DNA from: an uncultured Elusimicrobia bacterium
GTDB taxonomy: Bacteria > Elusimicrobiota > Elusimicrobia > 2-02-FULL-39-32
Length of the DNA: 64,000 nucleotides
Direction: 5' to 3'
Assembly (NCBI GenBank): GCA_964523525.1
Contig: CAZFYO010000003.1
Span: 92,911 to 156,910 of the forward strand
The translations under genes and the position numbers were made by a program. Below the pieces are notes generated by a model. It was not told the DNA's origin. It saw only the letters and a program-made list of their open reading frames with translations, and did no database searches. Of this stretch, positions 20,915 to 30,909 are shown in pieces (position 1 is the stretch's first letter; every line of letters starts with the position of its first letter).

Positions 20915-21898
20915 ATGCGGCACCGGATATTAGGGCGCACGAAGATCAAAGTTTCGGAAATCGGATTCGGCGCCTGGGCCATCGGCGGCGACATGTGGGG
21001 CCATCAGGATGACGCGGTGTCCCTGGACGCGCTCCGGCGGTCCATCGACCTGGGCGTCAACTTCGTGGACACGGCCGCGGTCTACGGCGACGGCCGATCC
21101 GAGCGCCTGGTCGGTAAAGTACATAAGGAAAGAAATCGCTCTTTTGCGGTCGCCACGAAGATTCCGCCCAAAAACATGCGCTGGCCCGCCGCGCATGGCA
21201 CCCCCCTTAAAGAAGCGTTCCCGTCCCGCTGGATCCGCGAAAAAACCGAGGCGAGCTTAAAAGACCTCGGCATTGATTGCGTGGACCTGCAGCAGCTGCA
21301 CGTATGGGCGCCGAACTGGGTCCGCGAATGCGACTGGTTCGAGGAGATGGAGAAGCTCAAGAAGGAAGGAAAGATCCGCCACATCGGCGTTTCATTGAAC
21401 GATCACGAGCCGACCGAAGCGGTTCCGCTGGTCGAGTCGGGCATGGCGGACGTGGTGCAAGTCATTTACAACATTTTTGATCAGTCGCCCGAAGACCGGC
21501 TTTTCCCGGCCTGCCTGAAGGCCGACGTCGGCGTTCTCGCGCGCGTGCCCCTGGACGAAGGCGCCCTGACCGGAAAGTTTACGGTGGATACGCGTTTCCC
21601 GCCCGGCGATTGGCGAAGCGACTACTTTTCTCCCGCGATTTTGAAAGAGACCGTGGCGCGAGTGGACCGGTTGAAGGCGTTGGCCGGCAAGCGCTTCCCT
21701 TCCCTGGCCGATTTGGCGCTCAAGTTCTGCCTCGCCCAACCCGCGGTTTCATGCGTGATCCCGGGGATCCGGAACAAGGCGCAGGCCGATCAAAACTGCG
21801 CCGCTTCGGAAGGTCCCGGCGAAGGCGCTTCCGGCGGCGCCGTCCTGGACGCGGGGCTGCGCGAAGAGTTGAAGCGCCACCGCTGGGTCCGGAAATAA
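20915..21898 (+). CDS. Aldo/keto reductase family oxidoreductase
   Basis: AKR N-terminal signature (RILGRTKIKVSEIGFGAWAIGG…FVDTAAVYGDGRSE). Track ORF begins at 20810; first in-frame ATG with AKR-like N-terminus is 20915. Confidence 0.8.
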   Translation: MRHRILGRTKIKVSEIGFGAWAIGGDMWGHQDDAVSLDALRRSIDLGVNFVDTAAVYGDGRSERLVGKVHKERNRSFAVATKIPPKNMRWPAAHGTPLKEAFPSRWIREKTEASLKDLGIDCVDLQQLHVWAPNWVRECDWFEEMEKLKKEGKIRHIGVSLNDHEPTEAVPLVESGMADVVQVIYNIFDQSPEDRLFPACLKADVGVLARVPLDEGALTGKFTVDTRFPPGDWRSDYFSPAILKETVARVDRLKALAGKRFPSLADLALKFCLAQPAVSCVIPGIRNKAQADQNCAASEGPGEGASGGAVLDAGLREELKRHRWVRK

Positions 21899-23367
21899 TG
21901 AGCATGGACCAGCGTCCGGTACTGGTGTTCGGCGGGTCGGGATACATCGGCTCGCGGCTGGTCTTGAGCCTCCTGCAACGGCGCTTTCTCGTGCGCGCCA
22001 CTTCCCGCGACATGGCGCGTCTGCGCAAGCGGCCCTGGTCGGCCTATCCCGGGCTGCAGCGCGTCGAAGCCGACGTTTTCGACGACGATTCTCTAAAGAA
22101 AGCCTGCGAAGGCGCCGTCGTGGCCTTCTACTTCGCGCAATGTTCCGACCGCGGATACTGGAATTTTCCCAAACTGAACCGGCAGGCGGCGGAACGTTTT
22201 CTTAAAGCCGCCGAGGATGCCGGCGTCGAACGGATCATTTATCTTGGCGGTCTGGGCGAATCGGAGAGCGTTTCAAGCCGCCTGCTCAAATCCCGCCTGG
22301 AAGTCGAACAGATCCTAAAGTCGGGCAAAATCCCCGTCACGGTTTTTCGCGCCGGGCTCATCCTGGGCTCCGGCAACCTCGCGTTTGAAATCCTTCGGCA
22401 CCTGACGGACCGATGGCCGCTGTTCGCCGATACCGGCTGGATGAAAACCGACTGCCAGCCGGTTTCGGTGCGCGACGTGGTCGAATGCCTGGCGCGTTCC
22501 CTGGAAACTCCGGGCGCGGTCGGCCAGAGTTTCGACGTGGGCGGCAAGGAAGTCCTTCCCTACGAGCGGTTCCTGCAGATATACGCGGAAGAAGCGGGTC
22601 TGCGCCGTCGCGCCATCCTTCCGTTCCGCTTTCTCGGATCGTGGTTGGGCGCCCGCTGGATCGATTTCGGCACGCCTTTGAATGGCAGCCAGGCGCTTCC
22701 GGTTCTGGAATCGATGAAGGAACGCGCGCTCTGCCGCGACACCAAAATCAACGACGTGATTCCCTTTGAATACGCGGGTCCGCGCGACGCGATCAAGACG
22801 ATCCTCTACGAAACCGTCGAGATTCTCGAACGCACCCTGGCCGCGGACGCCCTGCCTCTGGAATGGAGCATGAAAGGCGATCCCGAGGGGTCGGGCGGGA
22901 CCGTGTTCCGCTTCGCGGATTCCTCCGTGATCGCGGCCCTGCCCGAAGACGCCTGGCGCGTTCTGTCGCGCATGGGTGGGCGGACGGGCTGGTATCACGC
23001 AGACTGGTTCTGGACGCTGAGGGGATTTATGGACCGACTTTTGGGCGGGAAAGGAATGACGCCCGGGCGCAAGAGCGATATTCAGTTGAAAACCGGCGAG
23101 CCGATGGACTGCTGGCGGATCCAAATCGCAGAACCGCTGCGCCGGTTGTTGCTGCTTTCGGAGCTGAAAATGCCGGGCCGCTGTTACTGGGATTTCCGGA
23201 TCGAGGCCGTCGATTCCGAGAAAGTACGGCTGTCCCAGGAAATGATCTTCATTCCGCGAGGCCTGCCGGGTTTCATCTTCTGGCATGCGTTCAAGAAAGT
23301 TCGCCGCCATGTATTCGACGGCGCGGCTGTGGCGATTGCCAAACGCGTCAGCCTGAAAATTATTTAA
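21898..23367 (+). CDS. NAD(P)H-binding (NmrA/SDR-a-like) protein fused to a DUF2867-like C-terminal domain
   Basis: Rossmann motif (VLVFGGSGYIGSRL) at the N-terminus. Track ORF extends upstream to 21610 through the AKR gene; the real start is taken as the ATG overlapping the AKR stop. Confidence 0.7.
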   Translation: MSMDQRPVLVFGGSGYIGSRLVLSLLQRRFLVRATSRDMARLRKRPWSAYPGLQRVEADVFDDDSLKKACEGAVVAFYFAQCSDRGYWNFPKLNRQAAERFLKAAEDAGVERIIYLGGLGESESVSSRLLKSRLEVEQILKSGKIPVTVFRAGLILGSGNLAFEILRHLTDRWPLFADTGWMKTDCQPVSVRDVVECLARSLETPGAVGQSFDVGGKEVLPYERFLQIYAEEAGLRRRAILPFRFLGSWLGARWIDFGTPLNGSQALPVLESMKERALCRDTKINDVIPFEYAGPRDAIKTILYETVEILERTLAADALPLEWSMKGDPEGSGGTVFRFADSSVIAALPEDAWRVLSRMGGRTGWYHADWFWTLRGFMDRLLGGKGMTPGRKSDIQLKTGEPMDCWRIQIAEPLRRLLLLSELKMPGRCYWDFRIEAVDSEKVRLSQEMIFIPRGLPGFIFWHAFKKVRRHVFDGAAVAIAKRVSLKII

Positions 23368-24572
23368 GCTCCGTATTCGTTCAGCTCTTCCCTGACAAAC
23401 TTCTTCACGAAACCAATCAGTCCCGTTGCTTCTTCTCCGGCGATGCCTTCCTTCAGGGTGTAAAACCGAAGCTCATCCTTGCGGCGGTCATAAGCGGAAA
23501 TCAATACGGGTTCCTTCACGCAGATGGCTCCAGACGGCCGGTCCATGAGCGGAACCATCAGGAGCGGGATGCCCATTCCGCATATCCGCCGGATCAGGAC
23601 GTGCATGAAACGAACCCGATAGGGCGTCCCGAGCGCCAGTTCTTCGGCGAATTCCGAGAGCAGGCGCTCCGCCGATTCCCGAGAAACACCCACCTCTGCC
23701 ATCAGTTCTTTGAGCTTTCCGGCCTGAACGGATGCCAGCCTGCCCTGCACTGCGGCGGAAAAATCATCATCGTGCAGTATCGCTTCAACCCGGGCTTCGC
23801 ATTCCCGTTTGGACAGGGATTTCAGCGATTCGAAATAGATCCGCTGCGCGAACTCGCGGAATACATACAGGATGCGGGTATTGTGGATGACCCCGCCGCC
23901 CACCGCCGCGCAGACCGGGTTCCCGCTCTTTAATCCGCGCAGTATGTTGAAGATTGCTTCCCGGACGTGCGCTTTGCGGAAGAACAGGTTCTGCGCCCAG
24001 GTCCCGCTGCCGGGCATCCGGTCCACCGCGATGAAACCCGAGTGCACCAATCCCGCATAGAGTCCTCCGAGCCAGCCGGGGAGAGTGTCCAGGGCGAAGG
24101 GATCGATGGCCTGCATGACCATCAGGTATTTATTGGGAAAACATTGGCCCGAGGTTTGGACCGTATGGTAGATCAGGTCTCCAAGCCTGTACGCTTCCTC
24201 GTTGGAAGTTTCGGGGTGGGAGGTGATAAAAAAAACTGCGGGTTCCTTTTTGAGCGAGTCACGGGCGCGGCGGCTGAGCGCGGAGACCTTTTCGATATTT
24301 ACCCGGCTGGCAGCGTCCAGCGCCGGGGGCGTCCGTTTGGATTTCAGATGGGTAAAGTGCGCGGTGAGCGCGTTTGCGAAACGGGCGGGAGCCATCCGCA
24401 GGCAGACCATGCCGATGGCGTAGCCGGCCGCGTTGAAAAGGATCTGGAGGGCTTTTTGGGAACGGCTTAAGGCGAAGGGTTTTTTACCGTAGAGTTTGCG
24501 GTCGAGCGTAATGGCGAGCGCCATGCGGCGCGCCTGGTGCTGGTTCCCGCCTTGAACCGAGCGGGCATCCAT
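23364..24572 (-). CDS. Hypothetical protein (402 aa)
   Basis: Long ORF convergent with the previous gene; no recognisable motif from inspection. Coding call rests on length and co-linear frame only. Confidence 0.5.
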   Translation of the reverse strand: MDARSVQGGNQHQARRMALAITLDRKLYGKKPFALSRSQKALQILFNAAGYAIGMVCLRMAPARFANALTAHFTHLKSKRTPPALDAASRVNIEKVSALSRRARDSLKKEPAVFFITSHPETSNEEAYRLGDLIYHTVQTSGQCFPNKYLMVMQAIDPFALDTLPGWLGGLYAGLVHSGFIAVDRMPGSGTWAQNLFFRKAHVREAIFNILRGLKSGNPVCAAVGGGVIHNTRILYVFREFAQRIYFESLKSLSKRECEARVEAILHDDDFSAAVQGRLASVQAGKLKELMAEVGVSRESAERLLSEFAEELALGTPYRVRFMHVLIRRICGMGIPLLMVPLMDRPSGAICVKEPVLISAYDRRKDELRFYTLKEGIAGEEATGLIGFVKKFVREELNEYGA

Positions 24573-24582
24573 GGGGGCCGGA

Positions 24583-25605
24583 TTACCGGTGAACGCCTTC
24601 GATGCGGACGGGCAGAATGTACTTCACGTCGCCGCTTCGCACGAACTTTTCCCAGACGCGCAGAATATCGCCGTCCCACCAGCCTTTTTTAACCTCGTCG
24701 TACATGACGTTGAACGCCCGGTCCATGTCCCAGGCTTCCTTATAGGAGCGGCGGGTGGTGAGGGCGTCGTAAATATCGACGACATTGATGATGCGGACCA
24801 GGACCGAAATCTCGTCCTTTTTGAGGCCGTCGGGATAGCCGGAGCCGTTGAGCTTTTCGTGGTGATGGCGGATGAGGGGGATGGCGTCCTTGGCGGAACG
24901 TAACCGTTCGCAAATCGTGCAGCCCATCACGGGATGGCTCTTCATGATGTCGAATTCATCCTTGGTGAGCGGTCCCGGTTTCATCAAAATGCTGTCGGGG
25001 ATCGCCATCTTGCCGATGTCGTGGAGCACGCCGCCGCGGTCGAGGGTGTCGAGCTCCGCCGGGGTACGGTTCAAAAGCTTGCCGAGCGCGACCGCAAAGC
25101 GCGAAACGCGGTCCGCGTGGCCGAGCGTGTAGGAATCCTTGGCTTCGATGACTCGGGCGAGAGTGAAAATGATGGACTCGGCGTCGTCCAGCTGGTCGTT
25201 GAGCGCTTTGACGCGCAGCAGCGAACGGATGCGCGTGAGCAGCTCCACCGGGCGGTAGGGTTTCGTGATGTAATCGTCCACGCCGGCTTCGAGCCCCTCG
25301 AGCTTCGCGCCCAGTTCGCTTAAGGCGGTCAGCATGATGATGGGGACGAAACGCGTCGCCCGGTGAGACTTCAGCTGGCGCGCGACTTCATAGCCGTTTT
25401 CGCCGGGCATATCGACGTCGAGCAAAACGAGGTCGGGATATTCCTTGATGGCTGTTTCAATCGCGTCAATGCCGTTCGAGGCGATAAACGAATGGTAGCC
25501 GTTATCGATCAGCAGCTGCTGAAGGACTTCAGCGTCGGGGCGGCTGTCGTCCGCGATCAGGATCTTTTTCTGGCGGTGCGGGGATTTATCGTCCAGCGGG
25601 AACAT
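24583..25605 (-). CDS. Response regulator with HD-GYP output domain (putative c-di-GMP phosphodiesterase)
   Basis: N-terminal receiver (ILIADD…LVLLDVDMP…KP) plus HD-GYP motifs (HD…HHEKLNGSGYPDGL). Confidence 0.8.
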   Translation of the reverse strand: MFPLDDKSPHRQKKILIADDSRPDAEVLQQLLIDNGYHSFIASNGIDAIETAIKEYPDLVLLDVDMPGENGYEVARQLKSHRATRFVPIIMLTALSELGAKLEGLEAGVDDYITKPYRPVELLTRIRSLLRVKALNDQLDDAESIIFTLARVIEAKDSYTLGHADRVSRFAVALGKLLNRTPAELDTLDRGGVLHDIGKMAIPDSILMKPGPLTKDEFDIMKSHPVMGCTICERLRSAKDAIPLIRHHHEKLNGSGYPDGLKKDEISVLVRIINVVDIYDALTTRRSYKEAWDMDRAFNVMYDEVKKGWWDGDILRVWEKFVRSGDVKYILPVRIEGVHR

Positions 25606-26482
25606 GTTCCGCTCCTTTCGCGAGTAAAACGGTATTTTTGAGCAGCATGGCGATGGTCATGGGGCCGACGCCGCCGGGCACGGGGGTGATCCAGCTGGTT
25701 TTATCTTTTACGGCTTCGAAGTCCACGTCGCCGCAGATTTTTCCGTCCGGCAAACGGTTAATGCCGACGTCCATCACGGCCGCGCCGCTCTTCACCATGC
25801 CGGCGGTAATAAATTTGGGTTTGCCGATGGCCGCTACCAGAACGTCAGCCTGGGCGCAGATTTCCGGCAGGTTTTTCGTCTGGGAATGAACGATGGTCAC
25901 CGTGGCGTGTTTCGACAGCAGCAGCGCCGCCATGGGTTTTCCGACAATCATGGAACGTCCGACCACGACCGCGTTCTTGCCGGCCAGCTGGACGCCGCAG
26001 CGATCCAGCATCTCCATGACCCCGAGCGGCGTGCAGGGAACGGGGAGGGGGCGCTTCGAACCCACGATCTCCTTAAAATCTTTCGCGGCAAAAAGTCTTC
26101 CCAGATTGTAGGGATGAAATCCATCCGCGTCTTTTTCGGGGCGCATGATCTTCAAAACTTCGTCGGGGTCCACCTGCGGCGGCATGGGAAGCTGGACGAG
26201 GATCCCGTGCACTTTGGGGTCGCCGTTCAGCTCTTCTACCTTTCGGAGCACATCCTTTTGCGATGATTCCTTTGGCATCACGTGGTTGAAGGACGTCATG
26301 CCCGCGTCCTGGCAGGCCTTGTGCTTGTTGCGGACGTAAATTTCGGAGGCGGCGTTGTCGCCGACCAGGAGCGTGGCGAGGCCTGGCGTGACACCATTTT
26401 TTTTGAGAGCGTCCACCTCGCGCCGCAGTTCGGCGCGGATGTCGGCCGCGATCTGTTTTCCGTCAATCAATTGGAAGCTCAT
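25586..26482 (-). CDS. folD: Bifunctional methylenetetrahydrofolate dehydrogenase / methenyl-THF cyclohydrolase
   Basis: FolD motifs (…LVGDNAASEIYVRNKHKAC…GILVQLPMP…DADGFHPYNLGRL…GKNAVVVGRSMIVGKPMA). Confidence 0.9.
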   Translation of the reverse strand: MSFQLIDGKQIAADIRAELRREVDALKKNGVTPGLATLLVGDNAASEIYVRNKHKACQDAGMTSFNHVMPKESSQKDVLRKVEELNGDPKVHGILVQLPMPPQVDPDEVLKIMRPEKDADGFHPYNLGRLFAAKDFKEIVGSKRPLPVPCTPLGVMEMLDRCGVQLAGKNAVVVGRSMIVGKPMAALLLSKHATVTIVHSQTKNLPEICAQADVLVAAIGKPKFITAGMVKSGAAVMDVGINRLPDGKICGDVDFEAVKDKTSWITPVPGGVGPMTIAMLLKNTVLLAKGAEHVPAGR

Positions 26483-26504
26483 TAAAATCCTTTATGGGCT
26501 TCGC

Positions 26505-28211
26505 CTATTTCGAGCCGTCATAAAGAGGCGGCGGCAGAATGGGCGGGCGCTGTTTGTCTTCGCGCAGGCGCTGGAGTTCCACTTCGCGCACCAGCGTGTA
26601 GGGCGCGACGGTCGAAACGGGGATGGTGCCGGACTCGGCGACGCAGAACGCGTTGCTCACTTCCTGATCTTCCCCGGCCGCGATGATCTTGTTGATGGTG
26701 ATGAGGGGGGTTCCGACCAGCTCGACGCCGCGGACCAGCGTTTCTATGCCGGTTTCGGCGTCCACCTGGTACACTTCCTCCGGCGTCCCGCGGAACGCCT
26801 GGTAGCGCCCGCGCGTCGTCGAGGTATCGCCCGACCGCGTTTTGCGGATCAGGAGACCGAAGGGTTTATTCTGCCGTTTGCATTCTTCCATGAGCATTTT
26901 TTTAAGAGTTGAAAGGGGAAATGATTTTTCTGATTTTACAAAAAGATTCGACATCCTTCCAATTGGGTCCCTCCCGAACTGGGCGCGGCCGTGGCCGTTG
27001 GATTTCGAATAGCCCGCGATGGGCCGGCGGGAAAGCAGATAGTTCCGCAGGACGCCCTTTTCGATCAGCAAAACTTTCCGGGCCGGCACCGCTTCTTCGT
27101 CGTACCGGTAGTAGCCGTTCAGATCTTTTCCTTTCCATGCCGCGAGCGTGGGGTCGTCTTCCACCGTCAGGAACTCGGGGATAATGACCTTTCCGACCTG
27201 TCCCTTGAAGGTCTGGCCCTCGTCATCATCCCTCTGGCGCTCCCCTTCAAGCCGGTGGCCGATCGCCTCGTGAAACAGCACTCCGGTGGACTCCGGGTCG
27301 AGGATCGCGGGCGAGGTGTAGGGGTCGGCGGTCTTCGCCTGCCGGAGTTTCAGCAGTTGCGCGGACATTTCTTCGCGCGTCCTGGAAAGCTCGGCTTCGT
27401 CCGGCAGCCTGGGGACCGACAGGATCGAAAACGTTCGCGACACGTCGAGCGTCATGCCGTCGGACGCCTGTGTCGTGGCCCACAGGTAGATGAAGAACGG
27501 GTTGCCCGGCGCGCGGGTGACCAGCTCCGTGCCTTCCGAGTTTACGGTATAGTGATTTTTCATCACCCGGCGGAGCATGACGCCGCTGTTTTGAATTTCG
27601 CGGTACTTCTTAAAACCTTCCGAAACTTTTTTGATCGTCTGGCGATAGGAGTCCAGCTGGGGAACGTCGAGCGAAGGCGCGTCCTTTTCCTTCACCGGCT
27701 TTTCCACGGAAAAATCATCCAGCTTTTCCTTTTCGATTTCGGCGACGCGCTTGCCCTGCTTCTGCAGGTAGTCCTTGATCGCCTGCTTGTACGACTGGTC
27801 GGAAAGCAGCCAGAGCTGGTGGCGGATCGCGTCGGAATCGTCTTCGAGCACGGTCCCTTCATAGGCGCCGCGCGACCCTTCGTGGGAGTTGTCGAGCGAG
27901 CGCGACCCGTAGCGCACGTCCACGTAAAGATAACGGTTGCGGAGAGTCTGGTCCTGCGTCAGCGCCCCGTACCGCGCCGTGATCGTGGTATCCATGGAAT
28001 CCATCAGCTGATGCGACGCGTAATAGGGCGTCGAAAAATTTTCGAACGAGAGTTTTTTCATGGTGCGGCGCAGTTCCTGCCGGAGCGGCGCCAGGATTTT
28101 TTCATGGCTGGCCGCGGGATGGGCCCGTGCGGCCGTTGCGTTCAATGCCAGCGCGAAGACCGGCCATAAAATCAGTTGAAAAGCGCCGAACAGGGGGCGT
28201 GCGAATTTCAT
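26505..28211 (-). CDS. TldD/PmbA-family metallopeptidase, secreted form
   Basis: N-terminal signal peptide; HExxxH motif (HEAIGHRLEG) in the expected position; 568 aa. Confidence 0.7.
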   Translation of the reverse strand: MKFARPLFGAFQLILWPVFALALNATAARAHPAASHEKILAPLRQELRRTMKKLSFENFSTPYYASHQLMDSMDTTITARYGALTQDQTLRNRYLYVDVRYGSRSLDNSHEGSRGAYEGTVLEDDSDAIRHQLWLLSDQSYKQAIKDYLQKQGKRVAEIEKEKLDDFSVEKPVKEKDAPSLDVPQLDSYRQTIKKVSEGFKKYREIQNSGVMLRRVMKNHYTVNSEGTELVTRAPGNPFFIYLWATTQASDGMTLDVSRTFSILSVPRLPDEAELSRTREEMSAQLLKLRQAKTADPYTSPAILDPESTGVLFHEAIGHRLEGERQRDDDEGQTFKGQVGKVIIPEFLTVEDDPTLAAWKGKDLNGYYRYDEEAVPARKVLLIEKGVLRNYLLSRRPIAGYSKSNGHGRAQFGRDPIGRMSNLFVKSEKSFPLSTLKKMLMEECKRQNKPFGLLIRKTRSGDTSTTRGRYQAFRGTPEEVYQVDAETGIETLVRGVELVGTPLITINKIIAAGEDQEVSNAFCVAESGTIPVSTVAPYTLVREVELQRLREDKQRPPILPPPLYDGSK

Positions 28212-29090
28212 TTAGTCGAGCAGCTTCATTTTTTTCAGATTTTCGACGATCTTTTTGGTCGAGGTGGATCGGTTCAGCGTGTAAAAATGGATCCCGGGCG
28301 CGCCCTGCTCCAGGAGCTGGGCGCATTGCCGCGTGGCGAATTCGATGCCGTATTTTTGCACGGCTTCCAGGTTGTCCTTGATGGGTTCGAGATCTCTCCG
28401 CACTTCGGGAGGCACCTTGGCGCCGCACATCTCGGTGAACCGCACCAGCTGCCCGAAATTCGTGATGGGCATGATGCCGGGGATGATGGGCGCCGTGACG
28501 CCCTTGGCGCGCATGCGGCCTTCAAAAGCCGTGAAGTCGCGGTTATCAAAGAAAAGCTGGGTGATGATGACGTCGCCGCCCGCGCGGATTTTGGACTGAA
28601 GGTGCGTCCAGTCGGTCTCGCGGTTGGACGATTCGACGTGGCCCTCGGGATAACCCGCGACCGCGACGCAGAAAGAGTATCCGGCCTTAATGAATTCCAC
28701 CAGTTCGCTCGCGTGGGAGAACCCGTCCGGGTGCGGCGTGAACTTCGTCTCGCCTTTGGGGGGATCGCCTCGCAGAGCGATCACGTTTTCGATGCCGGCG
28801 CTTTTGATCTGGTCCAGAATGCCGCGCAGCTCCTCGCGCGAATGGCCGACGCAGGTGAGGTGCGCCATGCTTTCGATGCCAAGCTCCTTCTTGATCTTGC
28901 GAACGATCTCGATGGTCTTCTGACGCGTGCTGCCGCCCGCCCCGTACGTCACGGAAACGAACCCGGGGCCGAGGACTTTGATCTCGCGCGCCGTGGCATA
29001 GAGCTGGTCCATCGCCTCGTCGGTCTTGGGCGGGAAAAACTCGCAGGAGAACACGCGCTTTTTGCCCTTCAGGATGTCGGATATCTTCAT
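28212..29090 (-). CDS. metF: 5,10-methylenetetrahydrofolate reductase
   Basis: MetF signature (FSCEFFPPKT…VSVTYGAGGSTR…HLTCVG…IALRGDPP); adjacent folD suggests a one-carbon cluster. Confidence 0.85.
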   Translation of the reverse strand: MKISDILKGKKRVFSCEFFPPKTDEAMDQLYATAREIKVLGPGFVSVTYGAGGSTRQKTIEIVRKIKKELGIESMAHLTCVGHSREELRGILDQIKSAGIENVIALRGDPPKGETKFTPHPDGFSHASELVEFIKAGYSFCVAVAGYPEGHVESSNRETDWTHLQSKIRAGGDVIITQLFFDNRDFTAFEGRMRAKGVTAPIIPGIMPITNFGQLVRFTEMCGAKVPPEVRRDLEPIKDNLEAVQKYGIEFATRQCAQLLEQGAPGIHFYTLNRSTSTKKIVENLKKMKLLD

Positions 29091-29971
29091 CGCGCGGTTA
29101 AAAACCGGGCCTTGCCGGCCATTTTGAATGTCGCTTCATGAATTTCGGAAAGAGAGGGGACGACTTCTCCGTCCGCCATGATCCAGACCGGCAGATCGCT
29201 CCTTAAAATCATTTCGGAAGCCTTTGATTTCCAGACCGCGGTATCGTGATGGCGCCGCATCATGGCGAAACCGCGCACGCCCAGCAGAAGTTTGGTCAAC
29301 AGGCGGAATTTGCTGATGCTCTTCACGCCGAAAAACTCCAGGTAACCGTCCGATGGGTCGGAATCGTTGGAAAAATGCAATCCATTGGAAAAATATGGAG
29401 CGTTGACGGCGAGCAGCATCAGAAAGGAATCGTCGTGGCGGTGGTTGCCCCAGCGGAGCGACGCGGGCACGGGTTTCAGCGCGCGCAGCGTGCCGAGCAG
29501 TCCGCGCTTTTTTTGCGTCGGATGGCGCCGTCCGAATCCCGCGTTGTTGATAAAGTAGTGCTCGTTCACTTTGGCGACCGCCATTTCCCGGACATGGTGC
29601 TTGTGGATGATGTCTCCCGCGATCTGCAGGTTGCGCCGCAGGGTCCGGCCTTTCCGGAACCCGAGTATCTTAGCAAAATCGTTGCAGGTGCCCAGCGGAA
29701 GCAGGCCCAGCGTATAGCGCGCGAGGGCATTTTTGCGCGCCAGGTAGTTGATCACCCGGTTCAACGTTCCGTCGCCCGCCCCGATGATCAACGTATCGAA
29801 CCCGCCCTGTTCGATCGCGGCCATGTGGCCTTCCAGCGACTGCGGCTGGTCCCGATCCACCGCGAAAAATTCCGACGGGACCGGGATCCGGGCTTGAATG
29901 AGGGATATGAGTTTCGGGAGGGGCGTTCGTTTCCAGCGTTGCGACGGATTCAGTAAGAACGCGGCCTTCAC
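29087..29971 (-). CDS. Diacylglycerol-kinase-catalytic-domain lipid kinase (YegS/BmrU-like)
   Basis: DAGK_cat motifs (LIIGAGDGTLNRV…LPLGTCNDFA). Confidence 0.7.
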   Translation of the reverse strand: MKAAFLLNPSQRWKRTPLPKLISLIQARIPVPSEFFAVDRDQPQSLEGHMAAIEQGGFDTLIIGAGDGTLNRVINYLARKNALARYTLGLLPLGTCNDFAKILGFRKGRTLRRNLQIAGDIIHKHHVREMAVAKVNEHYFINNAGFGRRHPTQKKRGLLGTLRALKPVPASLRWGNHRHDDSFLMLLAVNAPYFSNGLHFSNDSDPSDGYLEFFGVKSISKFRLLTKLLLGVRGFAMMRRHHDTAVWKSKASEMILRSDLPVWIMADGEVVPSLSEIHEATFKMAGKARFLTAR

Positions 29972-30384
29972 TACTCACCCATGACTTTGACGATGACCCG
30001 CTTCTTGCGCTGCCCGTCAAACTCCGCGTAAAAAATCTGCTGCCAGGGCCCGAAATCCAGCTTGCCGCCCGTGATGGGCGCGATGATCTGGTGGTGGACC
30101 AGCATGGACTTCAAATGGGTGTCGCCGTTGGTCTCGCCGGTGCGGTGATGGCGGTAATTGAGGCCGGACGGAGCCAGCTTCTCCAGCCACTCGTCGATAT
30201 CCTCGAGCAGGCCGGATTCGTCGTCATTCACCCAGACGCCCGCCGTGATATGCATGGCGCTGACCAGCACCATCCCTTCCTTGATCTTGGATTTCGCCAG
30301 GATCTCTTCGACCTGAGGCGTAATATTGATGTACTCGCGGATTTTTTTGGTGTTGAACCAGAGGTACTCCGTGTGCGACTTCAT
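29971..30384 (-). CDS. yjbQ: YjbQ-family protein (UPF0047; secondary thiamine-phosphate synthase-like)
   Basis: Characteristic YjbQ length and motifs (…[31 protein letters not shown]…[20 protein letters not shown]). Confidence 0.8.
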   Translation of the reverse strand: MKSHTEYLWFNTKKIREYINITPQVEEILAKSKIKEGMVLVSAMHITAGVWVNDDESGLLEDIDEWLEKLAPSGLNYRHHRTGETNGDTHLKSMLVHHQIIAPITGGKLDFGPWQQIFYAEFDGQRKKRVIVKVMGE

Positions 30385-30393
30385 TGTGGGCTA

Positions 30394-30891
30394 TTAGCGA
30401 TAGTTGGTGAACTGCAGATCGAGCCCGAAATCCTGCGGCCGCAGGAAATTCATGACGGCCTGGAGCTCGTCCTTGCTTTTGGAAACGATGCGGAGCTGAT
30501 CGCCCTGAATGGAGGGCGTGACTTTCATCTTCGCATCCTTAATAAGCCGCACGATCTCCTTGGCTTTCTCGGAGGGGATGCCCTGCTTCAGCTTCACGAG
30601 CTGGCGCACCGTGGCTTTCTCGGCCGTCTCGATGGCCTGGTAGTCGAGCGCCTTGAGCGAAACGTTCCGCTTGATAAATTTGTTCTGAACGATATCAATG
30701 ACGCTCTTCAGTTTTCCTTCATCGTCGGAAAAAAGCGTGATGGAGGGGGCCTTCTTGTCGAAGTCGACGCGCGAGACCGAGCCGCGGAAATCGAAGCGGG
30801 TCGTCATTTCCTTGTTCATCTGGTTAACGGCATTTTCCACTTCCTGCAAATCGAGTTTGGATACAACGTCAAATGAGAATTCATCCGCCAT
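30394..30891 (-). CDS. yajQ: YajQ-family nucleotide-binding protein (UPF0234; reported cyclic-di-GMP effector family)
   Basis: YajQ family similarity across 165 aa (MADEFSFDVVSKLDLQEVENAVNQ…). Confidence 0.8.
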   Translation of the reverse strand: MADEFSFDVVSKLDLQEVENAVNQMNKEMTTRFDFRGSVSRVDFDKKAPSITLFSDDEGKLKSVIDIVQNKFIKRNVSLKALDYQAIETAEKATVRQLVKLKQGIPSEKAKEIVRLIKDAKMKVTPSIQGDQLRIVSKSKDELQAVMNFLRPQDFGLDLQFTNYR

Positions 30892-30909
30892 GTGAGACTC
30901 CTTTTTCGG

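Noticed and set aside
21610-21897. 5' extension of the 585-aa track ORF through the end of the aldo/keto reductase gene
   Set aside because: The extension is in-frame read-through of the AKR 3' region; the Rossmann N-terminus begins at the ATG at 21898, which overlaps the AKR stop.
22315-23310. 331-aa minus-strand ORF antisense to the NAD(P)-binding/DUF2867 gene
   Set aside because: The + frame has a Rossmann GxxGxxG motif and coupled start; the antisense frame is low-complexity.
26991-29141. + strand ORFs (26991-28169, 28176-29141) antisense to the TldD-like and metF genes
   Set aside because: The minus-strand products have clear HExxxH and MetF signatures; the + translations are Arg/Gly-rich artefacts.
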